Below, in pieces: positions 38,386-47,705 of a stretch of DNA of 64,000 nucleotides. Both the position numbers and the translations under genes were made by a program. Source of the stretch: Candidatus Latescibacterota bacterium (GTDB lineage Bacteria > Latescibacterota > UBA2968 > UBA8231); the NCBI GenBank assembly GCA_965261395.1, contig OZ253462.1, positions 5,952,001 through 6,016,000 on the forward strand. Direction: 5' to 3'. Position 1 is the stretch's first letter. Each line of letters begins with the position of its first letter. Below the pieces are notes generated by a model. That model was not told the origin of the DNA. It was given only the letters and a program-made list of their open reading frames with translations, and ran no database searches.

Positions 38386-41190
38386 GTGCCACAGACTGCC
38401 GTTTTACATCGTTTTGCCCTGATTTCCGTCCTTGCTTTTTTCGCGATTGTTTCTCAAGTCGAGGCTTATACCTACCATTGGGAAATAGACGAAACGCCGC
38501 AGGGTGCCGAAAGCGCCAGCCTGATTGAGCCGGTACAAGTGGTCTTGTTAGATGACGTGGTCGAGGTGGCGTCGCATAGCGCCTCTTTGCAATTGATGGA
38601 GAAGTATTCGGTGCATCTTGGCACTGAATGGAGCGCAAATCACGCCTATAGTTTGCTGCGCATGTTTGAGTCCATACCTCAAGCCATGAACTATCCGGAC
38701 GACGAAGAGCCTACCGTGCCATCCTCGGTGTGGATGTTGAGCGACCGCCACATACAAAATGACATTGCGGTGGAAATTCGAGACGGTCAGCACATCGTCA
38801 CGCTTGCTCAGGAGGCGTTTACATACGCCGAACCCCTTTTGGCCGAAATTGAGGGCGTGCGCGGCCGGTTTTTCTCTAAAAGACTCCACCGGGTGGTGGT
38901 TCGGTTTGTAACGGACAACGGTGCGGATAGACTGGCGCTGGAACGTATCTTGCAAGAGCGCTACGCCGTCAGTCTAAATGTTCCAGACTATCGCGAACTG
39001 ACAAAGCACACAACCGGCGAGGACGCCGGTCGGTTTATGCCCTTCAAAAATGAAGAGCTGATGGCGCTGGCGTCCATGCTGGAGGAGTTTCCGCAAGGTA
39101 TGCGCCATACGCCGGGGCTGAACTATCTGGTTCGCCGCTTGGATGGCACGCCGCATCCCCTTTATCCAGCCGCAGGTGCTGTGGCGTGGACGAAGTCGGG
39201 CTACATCGAGTTTATGGAATCCGCTTTCAAGGAGGCTGGCCCCGCGTTCATCCATCGCCTGATTCTGCATGAAAAGGCGCACTTTTTGTGGGAGCATCTG
39301 TTTGATGAACAACTCAAAGAGGATTGGATTGAACTTGGTGGCTGGTATAGAACCTCAGAGGGAGCAAATCAAGATTCTGAAAATGCAGACTCAAACTCGG
39401 CCTGCGAAGAGGCGAACTCGCTATTTGCCATCCTTGAGCAGGGGTGTGTTGATGAACTCTTTGCTAGCTATGCCGTCTCAGACGACGCGGATGACTGGGC
39501 AACCACCAAGCAGACTGAGTTTGTCTCGGCGTATGCCCATGCGCACAATCCGGATGAGGATATGGCGGAGAGCATCAGTTTCTACATCGTCAACCCCGAC
39601 AAGCTGCGCTCGCGCTCTCCGGCAAAGTACGAGTTTATCCAAAATCGGATTATGCACGGTACGCGCTATCTATCGCAGATCCGTGAGGACTTGACGTTTA
39701 AGGTGTACAACCTGTATCCCGATGTGGTGTATCCGGGGCGGATTATCCGGGTGGACATACAGGTCGATGGCGAGCCCGAGGAGGATAAGCGAATAACGGT
39801 AGAGATCGAACTCCATAGAGAAAGCGACTTTGATATGGCCCAAGCGTCTTGGGTCCGAGTTTTCAGTGAAAAAGGATCCTATTTTGAGATCGGGATGGGC
39901 CCGATTGGACCCAATGGCAATCACGTCTCTGCGGGGCATATTTTGCGCGGACATCATACCCTTTCCAAGTATGCGGCAAATGGGTACTGGGCCCCAGACC
40001 AAATTACCCTTCGAGATGCTCAGGGCAATGAGCGGCATGAAGCTCAAACGGATTTTGGTTGGAAATTGTATATTGACAATCCGCTCGCGGATGATGAAGC
40101 ACCGATTTATGTCAAAAACTCGATGCGACTCTCTTCACGGGAGGCGACCAAAGGAGGAAGGCCGTATCAAATTGTGACCGCTCGTTGGCAGCTTTTTGAA
40201 GAGAATGGTGTAAACAGGGTCTTGGCGATGCTGAACGATGGGGACTTAGAAACCTATTCTCGTCGTGTGGAAGCCTGGGGAGATTGGTATCCAGAAACCG
40301 GTTATGATCCAGAAACCGGCGAAGCGAGTGTTGCACTCGTGATCCCGGATTACTACCCAAGTGGTATATGGAAACTCAACCATATCGTGATGGAGGATAT
40401 CGCGTTAAACTCTCGGAGTGTATATTTCACCAACTCGGGGATTGATGAGTTGCCGGCCTCTATTAATATCCAGACAAAAAATCCAGATACTACCCCGCCT
40501 GTATTAGATATAAATCAAATTACAATTGAGGCCGAGCCGACCAATCCAGCAGCACCAAACGGTGAAACACAGGTCGATATTAACTTTAGAGTCAAAGATA
40601 ATATTAGCGGATATAGCTCGACGGACATGCTTTTACGCGACCCCCAAGGCGTAGAGCATTTTTTTAGACATCATGGTCCGTCCTTTGACAAAGTCCATTT
40701 CGTCTATTTCTCCGGGGATCCGACGGTTTATCAGACCTATCAGCAGACGATTATCTTGCCGGTCGGCAGCGTCCCCGGTATCTGGGGACTTGCTGAAATG
40801 ACGGTGTGGGACAAGGCGCAGAACAAGCTTCAGGCGAACTTTACCGAGATCGTCCGTTTTGAGGTCGAACCAGCGAGTGCCAAACCGGTGGCGATGGCCG
40901 AGGCGTTGCCCGATGGTCCTCAATTGCAGCAAAACGCGCCCAATCCGTTCAACAGCCAGACCGTCATTCCGTATTTCCTGCTGGAACCGGGTGCAGCGCG
41001 CCTAGAGGTGTTTGCGTTGACCGGACAGCGGGTAGCGGTCTTGAACCAAGGGCCGCAGCAGGCCGGCCACTATCGCCTCCACTGGGATGGTCGCAATCGC
41101 GAGGGCCGTCCGCTGGCCAGTGGCACCTATCTGTATCGACTGGTGACCGCCGAGGGCGTTCTCACGCGCAAGCTCACTCTGCTGCGGTGA
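38386..41190 (+). CDS. Secreted putative zinc metallopeptidase (HEXXH) with FlgD/T9SS-like C-terminal domain
   Basis: Signal peptide (…SQVEA); LILHEKAHFLW, EDMAES; QNAPNPFN…WDGRN…LASGTYLYRL; visibly more AT-rich than its flanks; GTG start inferred from RBS AGAGG. Confidence 0.75.
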   Translation: MPQTAVLHRFALISVLAFFAIVSQVEAYTYHWEIDETPQGAESASLIEPVQVVLLDDVVEVASHSASLQLMEKYSVHLGTEWSANHAYSLLRMFESIPQAMNYPDDEEPTVPSSVWMLSDRHIQNDIAVEIRDGQHIVTLAQEAFTYAEPLLAEIEGVRGRFFSKRLHRVVVRFVTDNGADRLALERILQERYAVSLNVPDYRELTKHTTGEDAGRFMPFKNEELMALASMLEEFPQGMRHTPGLNYLVRRLDGTPHPLYPAAGAVAWTKSGYIEFMESAFKEAGPAFIHRLILHEKAHFLWEHLFDEQLKEDWIELGGWYRTSEGANQDSENADSNSACEEANSLFAILEQGCVDELFASYAVSDDADDWATTKQTEFVSAYAHAHNPDEDMAESISFYIVNPDKLRSRSPAKYEFIQNRIMHGTRYLSQIREDLTFKVYNLYPDVVYPGRIIRVDIQVDGEPEEDKRITVEIELHRESDFDMAQASWVRVFSEKGSYFEIGMGPIGPNGNHVSAGHILRGHHTLSKYAANGYWAPDQITLRDAQGNERHEAQTDFGWKLYIDNPLADDEAPIYVKNSMRLSSREATKGGRPYQIVTARWQLFEENGVNRVLAMLNDGDLETYSRRVEAWGDWYPETGYDPETGEASVALVIPDYYPSGIWKLNHIVMEDIALNSRSVYFTNSGIDELPASINIQTKNPDTTPPVLDINQITIEAEPTNPAAPNGETQVDINFRVKDNISGYSSTDMLLRDPQGVEHFFRHHGPSFDKVHFVYFSGDPTVYQTYQQTIILPVGSVPGIWGLAEMTVWDKAQNKLQANFTEIVRFEVEPASAKPVAMAEALPDGPQLQQNAPNPFNSQTVIPYFLLEPGAARLEVFALTGQRVAVLNQGPQQAGHYRLHWDGRNREGRPLASGTYLYRLVTAEGVLTRKLTLLR

Positions 41191-41209
41191 ATGGCCGCCT
41201 TGAACTACT

Positions 41210-41271
41210 TGCTGAGGAGTCCGGCGGTGGCTGGCGAGGTGGCGGATGTGCGGGAATTGGTGGGGTAGGGG
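41210..41271 (+). pseudogene. Stub of the leuC 3' end (18-nt internal deletion, 1 mismatch)
   Basis: Aligns to 38146-38225 but lacks ATGGTCGCCGCGGCGGCG. Confidence 0.85.
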
Positions 41272-41316
41272 TATCGGGGGATTGTCAAAACGGACCGATT
41301 GCAACGGAGGTATCTG

Positions 41317-41625
41317 ATGACAGAGATGCTCGAAAGCAAGCTCGACGCTATCGCGCAAGCCTGCAAACGCCATGGTGCAACTCGGTTGGATGCCTTTGGA
41401 TCGGCTCTGCGCGATGATTTCCACCCCGGTCAGAGCGACGTGGATCTATTGGTCGAACTTGGCCCGATGGAACCGTATGCGCGAGTCGATGCCTACTTCG
41501 GCCTGCTGGAAGACCTCAGAGCTATACTAGGAAAGCAGGTTGATCTGGTCGTTTTAGGAGCTGTGAAGAACCGCTATATCGCTCGCGACATTGAGCAGAC
41601 GAAGCAATTGTTGTATGCCGCGTGA
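41317..41625 (+). CDS. Minimal nucleotidyltransferase (MntA-like antitoxin); no HEPN partner
   Basis: FGSALRDDF…SDVDLLVE…VDLV…KNRY; RBS GGAGG. Confidence 0.88.
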   Translation: MTEMLESKLDAIAQACKRHGATRLDAFGSALRDDFHPGQSDVDLLVELGPMEPYARVDAYFGLLEDLRAILGKQVDLVVLGAVKNRYIARDIEQTKQLLYAA

Positions 41626-41645
41626 TGCAAAAGGAGACAAACGTG

Positions 41646-41852
41646 ATGAACGAATCAGCAATCCGACTCCGTATTGAGCCCTTAGAAAAAGGTGGCTTTC
41701 TCGCCACGAGCCCTGATGTCCCGGGCTTGGTTGCGGAAGGACGTAGCGTCACCGAGGCCGCTGAGATTGCACAAGGTCTCGTACGCAAAATTGCAGAGTC
41801 GTGCATTGAACACGGCGACCCGCTTCCTAGCGCATTGGCAAGTATTCCATGA
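41646..41852 (+). CDS. HicB family antitoxin; no HicA partner
   Basis: GGFLATSPDVPGLVAEGRSVTEA…HGDPLP; RBS AAGGAG. Confidence 0.8.
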   Translation: MNESAIRLRIEPLEKGGFLATSPDVPGLVAEGRSVTEAAEIAQGLVRKIAESCIEHGDPLPSALASIP

Positions 41853-41920
41853 GAGGGGCCAAGGAATGAAGGGCTGTGAAGCTGAGACCGTTCAATTGTA
41901 GGTGCATTTAAGGAGACACA

Positions 41921-42526
41921 ATGGAAAATTCGAGTGTGATTAAGACAATAACTGGCCGCAGCGTGGTGGTGCGCGGAGCTGATATTGATACCGACCGCAT
42001 CATCCCGGCTCGTTTTTTGCGGACGGTGACCTTTGAGAATTTGGGGGGCCATGCCTTTGAGGACGATCGCGCGGCTGGCGATCATCCCTTTGATCAGGCG
42101 CGCTTCCAGGGGGCGTCGATCCTATTGGCCAATGCCAATTTTGGTTGCGGGTCCTCGCGTGAACACGCGCCGCAGGCCCTGATGCGCTGGGGTATCAAAG
42201 GCTTTATCGCCGAGTCCTTTGCCGAGATTTTCTTTGGCAACTGCATCGCCATGGGGCTGCCCTGTGTGCGAATTTCGGCTGAGGACATGCAGACTTTGAT
42301 GGATGCGGTCGAGAGCGATCCGGCGCAGGAGGTGGCCATTGACCTCGAAGCGCGGCAGGTGCGCTGGGCCGACGGCCAAGCTGCTGCCGATATTGCCGAC
42401 GGCCCGCGAGAGCAGTTTCTCAAGGGGGGCTGGGACTCGCTGGGCCAGCTTTTGGACGCCGGCGACCAGATCGGCCAGACCGCCGCCCGCCTGCCCTATA
42501 CTCGCGCCTTTGCTACTGCCGACTAG
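41921..42526 (+). CDS. leuD: 3-isopropylmalate dehydratase small subunit
   Basis: DIDTDRIIPARFL, NFGCGSSREHAP, SFAEIFFGN. Confidence 0.97.
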   Translation: MENSSVIKTITGRSVVVRGADIDTDRIIPARFLRTVTFENLGGHAFEDDRAAGDHPFDQARFQGASILLANANFGCGSSREHAPQALMRWGIKGFIAESFAEIFFGNCIAMGLPCVRISAEDMQTLMDAVESDPAQEVAIDLEARQVRWADGQAAADIADGPREQFLKGGWDSLGQLLDAGDQIGQTAARLPYTRAFATAD

Positions 42527-42573
42527 ATATGTACAACTGCACAACGGATGAATCTTAACTTGGGAGATAATAA

Positions 42574-43632
42574 TTGCACAAAATTGCCGTAATACCCGGA
42601 GACGGAACAGGGCCTGAAGTCGTGGTCGAGGGGCTGAAGGCCCTCAACGCGGTGGCCGCCAAACAGGGATTCAAATACGAGACCGTAGAATTTGATTTTG
42701 GCGGTGAGCGCTACTTGCGCACCGGCGAGGTCTTGCCCGACTCGGCAGCCGACGACTTTAGGCAGTTCGATGCCATTTACCTAGGGGCCATCGGCCACCC
42801 CGACGTGAAGCCGGGTATCCTCGAAAAGGGCATTCTACTAAGGCTGCGCTTTGAATTGGACCAGTACATCAACCTCCGCCCGGTCAAGCTCTACCCCAAT
42901 GTGCCGACGCCGATTAAGGACAAGGGGCCGGAGGAGATCGACTTCGTGGTGGTGCGGGAAAACACCGAAGGACTGTACGCGGGTGCCGGCGGCTTCCTCA
43001 AAAAGGGCACGCCTGACGAAATCGCGGTGCAGGAGTCGATCAACACCCGCAAAGGCGTCGAGCGCTGTCTGCGCTACGCTTTTGAGTACACCCAGCGGCG
43101 CAACAAGGACAACACCTTGACGCTGTGCGGCAAGACCAATGTGCTGACGTATGCCTTTGATCTGTGGGAGCGGGCGTTCCACGAAATCGGCGCGGCCGAC
43201 TATCCGGCCATCAAGCGCGACTACGCCCACGTCGATGCCATCTGCATGTGGATGGTCAAAAACCCCGAGTGGTTCGACGTGGTGGTCACCGACAACATGT
43301 TCGGGGATATCATCACGGACTTGGGCGCGATGATCCAGGGCGGGATGGGCATTGCCGCCGGCGGCAATATCAACCCCGAAGGCGTGTCGATGTTCGAGCC
43401 GATCGGCGGTTCGGCCCCCAAGTACACCGGCCAGAATATCATCAACCCTATGGCCGCCATCGGCGCTTGCCAGCTCATGCTCGACACGCTCGGCGAGCAC
43501 GAAGGTGCCAACATTTTGGAGGGTGCTATCGTCTCGACGCTGACCAAGCTCGACGATATGGGAGCGGGAAGAATGGGATATTCCACGGCGGAAGTAGGCG
43601 ACCTAGTGGCTCAGGCCGTCGCCGACGCCTAG
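42574..43632 (+). CDS. leuB: 3-isopropylmalate dehydrogenase
   Basis: IPGDGTGPEV, NLRPVK, VRENTEGLY, DNMFGDIITD, FEPIGGSAP; leu operon context. Confidence 0.92.
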   Translation: MHKIAVIPGDGTGPEVVVEGLKALNAVAAKQGFKYETVEFDFGGERYLRTGEVLPDSAADDFRQFDAIYLGAIGHPDVKPGILEKGILLRLRFELDQYINLRPVKLYPNVPTPIKDKGPEEIDFVVVRENTEGLYAGAGGFLKKGTPDEIAVQESINTRKGVERCLRYAFEYTQRRNKDNTLTLCGKTNVLTYAFDLWERAFHEIGAADYPAIKRDYAHVDAICMWMVKNPEWFDVVVTDNMFGDIITDLGAMIQGGMGIAAGGNINPEGVSMFEPIGGSAPKYTGQNIINPMAAIGACQLMLDTLGEHEGANILEGAIVSTLTKLDDMGAGRMGYSTAEVGDLVAQAVADA

Positions 43633-43654
43633 GGCGATGGAAGGAAGCGACACC

Positions 43655-45250
43655 ATGCTCATCGAAGTCTATGACTCCACCCTGCGGGACGGCGCCCAAG
43701 CCGAGGGCATTTCCTATTCGCTAGAGGACAAGCTGCTGATCGCTCGGCGGCTCGATGCGCTCGGGGTCGATTATATCGAAGGGGGCTGGCCGAACCCCAC
43801 CAATCCCAAGGATCTGGCTTTTTTCCAAGAGGCCAAAAAACTCGGGTTACGGGCGAAAGTGACCGCCTTTGGCAGCACCCGGCGAGCGACCAACGCGCCG
43901 GAGGAAGACGAGACCCTGAATACGCTTCTGAGGGCCGAGACCGACAGCGTCTGCATCTTTGGCAAGAGCTGGACCCTGCACGTCATCGAAGCGCTCAAGA
44001 CGACCCTAGAAGAGAATCTGCGGTTGATTGAGGACTCAGTCGCCTATCTGGTCGCGCACGGTCGCGAAGTGATCTACGACGCCGAGCACTTTTTCGACGG
44101 CTATAAGGCCGACGCTGATTACGCGATTGAGACGCTATTGGCCGCCGAGCGCGGTGGGGGGCGGATTTTGGTGCTCTGCGATACCAATGGCGGCACTCTG
44201 ACCAGCGAGATGGCCCAGATCGTCGAGGAGGTCAAGGCTCAGATCGGCATGCCCTTTGGCATCCACACGCACAACGATGCTGGCGTCGGCGTGGCCAATA
44301 CCCTCGTGGCTGTGGAGCGGGGCGCGGTGCAAGTGCAAGGGACCTTCAACGGCTATGGCGAGCGCTGTGGCAACGCCAACTTGTGCTCGATTTTGCCCAA
44401 TCTCGAATTGAAGATGGGTTTCGAGACGGTGGGTCGCGACAACCTCGCGGAACTGATGGATTTCTCCCGCTTCCTGAGCGAGATCGCCAACGTCTATCAC
44501 GACCACCGCCAGCCATATGTCGGCGAGAGCGCGTTCGCCCACAAGGGGGGCGTACACATCGACGCCATGATCAAGAACCCGCGCTGTTACGAACACATTG
44601 ATCCTGTAGCCACGGGCAACGAGCGGCGCTTCTTGGTCTCGGACCAAGCGGGTGGGGCGACGATTGTCAGCAAGCTGCGGCGCTTTTTGCCCGATATAGA
44701 GAAGAGGGATCCGCTGGTGGGGCAGATCTTGGAGCAGGTTAAGCAGTTGGAGCACGAGGGCTATCAGTTCGAGGCGGCGGAAGGATCGTTTGAACTGCTG
44801 GCGCGTCGGGTCCAAGGCACGTACGAGGACTTATTCGCACTGATCAACTTCCGCACCATCAACCGCAAGAGTGGGGCGCACGCCGAAGAAGCCGAGGCCA
44901 TTGTCAAGGTCGCTATCGGCGATGCGGAGTACCATACAGTCGCTGGCGGCGATGGCCCAGTCAACGCGCTCGACCAAGCGTTGCGCAAGGCGCTGGAGCA
45001 GGAGTTCCCGGCGCTCAAGCAGGTGCATTTGGAGGACTACAAGGTGCGGGTGTTGTCGAGCGGGGACGGGACCGCAGCCAAGGTGCGGGTGTTGATCGAG
45101 TCCTCGGATGGCAAGGATGTATGGGGTACGGTGGGGGTTTCGGAGAATGTGATTGAGGCGAGTTGGATCGCACTGGCCGATAGTTTGCACTACAAATTGA
45201 TGAAGGACGCGCTATCCGAGCTAGCGGTCGGCGCGACGGGAACGGACTGA
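43655..45250 (+). CDS. cimA: Citramalate synthase
   Basis: YDSTLRDGAQAEG, IEGGWP, YDAEHFFDGYK, LCDTNGG, AFAHKGGVH. Confidence 0.92.
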   Translation: MLIEVYDSTLRDGAQAEGISYSLEDKLLIARRLDALGVDYIEGGWPNPTNPKDLAFFQEAKKLGLRAKVTAFGSTRRATNAPEEDETLNTLLRAETDSVCIFGKSWTLHVIEALKTTLEENLRLIEDSVAYLVAHGREVIYDAEHFFDGYKADADYAIETLLAAERGGGRILVLCDTNGGTLTSEMAQIVEEVKAQIGMPFGIHTHNDAGVGVANTLVAVERGAVQVQGTFNGYGERCGNANLCSILPNLELKMGFETVGRDNLAELMDFSRFLSEIANVYHDHRQPYVGESAFAHKGGVHIDAMIKNPRCYEHIDPVATGNERRFLVSDQAGGATIVSKLRRFLPDIEKRDPLVGQILEQVKQLEHEGYQFEAAEGSFELLARRVQGTYEDLFALINFRTINRKSGAHAEEAEAIVKVAIGDAEYHTVAGGDGPVNALDQALRKALEQEFPALKQVHLEDYKVRVLSSGDGTAAKVRVLIESSDGKDVWGTVGVSENVIEASWIALADSLHYKLMKDALSELAVGATGTD

Positions 45251-45255
45251 GAACC

Positions 45256-46455
45256 ATGAGAATTATCGAGGGCGGAGGGGTCACTGCGCCGAGTGGGTAC
45301 CGAGCGGCTGGCATCCAGACTGGTGTCAAGGAATCGGGTGCCAAGGATTTGGCGCTGGTGTATTCGACGCGCCCGGCGAATGCCGCCGCAGTGTACACCA
45401 CCAACAAGGTGCAGGGCGCGCCGATTGCCATTGACCGCGAGCACCTCGCCGACGGCAAGGCGCGGGCCGTCATCCTCAACAGCGGCAACGCCAATGTCTG
45501 CAACGGCGATGTCGGCTTGGATCACGCCAAGCGGATGTGTGCCCTGACGGCAAGCGAGTTGGGCCTGCAAACGGAAGAAGTGCTGGTCTGCTCCACCGGC
45601 TTGATCGGCGTGCCGCTGCCGATTGCCAAGATCGAGGCGGGCATCCCGCAGATCGTCGCGGCGTTGTCCGAGGAAGGCGGCGCTGCGGCCGCTGAGGCGA
45701 TCATGACCACGGACACCGTGCCAAAGAGCTGCGCCGTCGAGGTCGAGCTGGCGTCGGGCCGCGCCGTGATCGGGGCGATGGCCAAAGGGGCCGCGATGAT
45801 CGCCCCCAACATGGCGACGATGCTATCGGTGGTAACCACGGACGCGGCCGTGCCCAGCGGACAACTACAGGAACTATTGTCGCAAGCCATCCAGCGCACG
45901 TTTAACTGCATTACGGTTGACGGCGACATGAGCACGAGCGACACGGTGATCCTGATGGCCAATGGCGACGAATCGGCCCAGAAGCTGGACGAGCGCGACA
46001 TCGAGCGTCTCTACGAGGGCATTGAGTACGCGTGTCGGCAGATGGCCCAGGCGATCGCGCGCGACGCCGAGGGGTCGTCCAAGCTGATCACCATAGCGGT
46101 GCGCGGGGCCGCCACTGAAGCGGAGGCGAGACAGGTCGGCATCGCGGTGGCTAATTCGAGCTTGGTGAAGACCGCAGCGTTTGGCAACGATCCCAACTGG
46201 GGGCGGATTCTGTGCGCGATGGGGTACGCCGGCGTCGATTTTGATCCCGAGACCGCGCGCGTTTCGCTGTGCGGCACCAACATCTACGGCAATGGTGCGG
46301 GTCTCGATTTCGACGAAGATAAACTGAGCGCGGCCATGCAGGCGGAAGAAATGGCCATCGACATCGACTTGTCGATGGGCGCGGCAACGGCTGAAATTTT
46401 CACCTGCGATCTGACGTACGAGTACGTGCGGCTGAACGCCGAATACACCACCTGA
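45256..46455 (+). CDS. argJ: Bifunctional ornithine acetyltransferase/N-acetylglutamate synthase
   Basis: NSGNAN, AIMTTDT, MIAPNMATML, DPNWGRI, CDLTYEYVRLNAEYTT. Confidence 0.97.
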   Translation: MRIIEGGGVTAPSGYRAAGIQTGVKESGAKDLALVYSTRPANAAAVYTTNKVQGAPIAIDREHLADGKARAVILNSGNANVCNGDVGLDHAKRMCALTASELGLQTEEVLVCSTGLIGVPLPIAKIEAGIPQIVAALSEEGGAAAAEAIMTTDTVPKSCAVEVELASGRAVIGAMAKGAAMIAPNMATMLSVVTTDAAVPSGQLQELLSQAIQRTFNCITVDGDMSTSDTVILMANGDESAQKLDERDIERLYEGIEYACRQMAQAIARDAEGSSKLITIAVRGAATEAEARQVGIAVANSSLVKTAAFGNDPNWGRILCAMGYAGVDFDPETARVSLCGTNIYGNGAGLDFDEDKLSAAMQAEEMAIDIDLSMGAATAEIFTCDLTYEYVRLNAEYTT

Positions 46456-46461
46456 GGAACT

Positions 46462-47643
46462 ATGCCACTTTCGCACAATGTACAGCGCGTCCAGCCATCG
46501 GTCACCATGCAGATTTCGGCGCGGGCCGCGGCCATGCAGCGCGCCGGCATCGACGTGGTTTCCCTGTCCGCGGGCGAGCCGGATTTCGATACGCCGCAAA
46601 ACGTCAAAGACGCTGGCATCCGCGCCATTGCCGAGGGTTTTACTAAGTACACCACGCCGGGATCGGGGATCATCGAGCTCAAGGAAGCGATCTGCCGTAA
46701 ATTCGCGCGCGACAACGGCTTGGTTTATACAACCGACGAAGTGATCGTCAACAATGGTGCCAAGCACTCGCTCTTTTTGGCGGTGGCGGCACTGGTCAAC
46801 CCCGGCGACGAAGTCATTATTCCCACGCCCTATTGGGTGACCTACCGAGAGCAGCCTCGGTTGGTGGGTGGCGAGCCGGTGATTGTCGAGACCCAAGCTG
46901 CCAACGGCCTCAAGCTCACTGCGGACGAGTTCCGCGCCGCCATTACGCCTCGCACCCGGATGCTCTTTTTGTGCTCGCCGTCCAACCCCAGCGGCGCGGT
47001 GTACACCCGCGAGGAGTTGGAGAGCTTGGCAGCGGTGGCCGTTGAGCACGGGGTCTATGTGCTCAGCGACGAAATCTACGAGAAGCTGATCTACGACGGA
47101 GCCGAGCACCACTCGATTGCAGCTTGTAGTCCGGAGGCCAAGGAAATTAGCATTGTGGTCAACGGGGTGTCCAAGGCCTATGCGATGACCGGTTGGCGCA
47201 TCGGCTACACGGGTGCCAGCGAGGAGATCATCGCCGGCATGAACAAGGTGCAAAGCCAGGAAGTGTCGCATCCCTCGTCGATGGCGCAGAAAGCGGCCGT
47301 TGAGGCACTCGACGGTCCGCAGGAGTCGGTTGAGGAAATGCGCCAGGCCTTTGATGCGCGGCGGCGCTACATGGTCGAGCGCCTCAATGCCATAGAGGGC
47401 GTGGAATGCGCGTTGCCGTCGGGGGCCTTTTACGCCTATCCCGACGTCGCCGCGTACTACGGCCGCCAAGTCCGCGACTCTGTGGCATTGTGCGAGCACT
47501 TGCTCGAAGAGGCCAAGGTGGCCTGTGTGCCAGGCGCTGGGTTTGGCACCTACGAGCACATCCGACTTTCCTACGCCACGTCGCTGGACCTGATTGAAAA
47601 GGCGCTGGACCGAGTTGAGGCAGCGCTGGGTGAGTTGGGGTGA
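46462..47643 (+). CDS. PLP-dependent class I aminotransferase (aspartate aminotransferase-like)
   Basis: GEPDFDTP, SPSNPSG, SDEIYE, SKAYAMTGWRIG, IRLSYA. Confidence 0.93.
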   Translation: MPLSHNVQRVQPSVTMQISARAAAMQRAGIDVVSLSAGEPDFDTPQNVKDAGIRAIAEGFTKYTTPGSGIIELKEAICRKFARDNGLVYTTDEVIVNNGAKHSLFLAVAALVNPGDEVIIPTPYWVTYREQPRLVGGEPVIVETQAANGLKLTADEFRAAITPRTRMLFLCSPSNPSGAVYTREELESLAAVAVEHGVYVLSDEIYEKLIYDGAEHHSIAACSPEAKEISIVVNGVSKAYAMTGWRIGYTGASEEIIAGMNKVQSQEVSHPSSMAQKAAVEALDGPQESVEEMRQAFDARRRYMVERLNAIEGVECALPSGAFYAYPDVAAYYGRQVRDSVALCEHLLEEAKVACVPGAGFGTYEHIRLSYATSLDLIEKALDRVEAALGELG

Positions 47644-47705
47644 ATGCGTGAATAGGGAATTACGAGTTCTCAATTCGTAATTGCTAACCTAGGAGGTCTT
47701 GTCCC

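Noticed and set aside
45874-47673. 599-aa minus-strand ORF
   Set aside because: Antisense shadow of argJ and the aminotransferase
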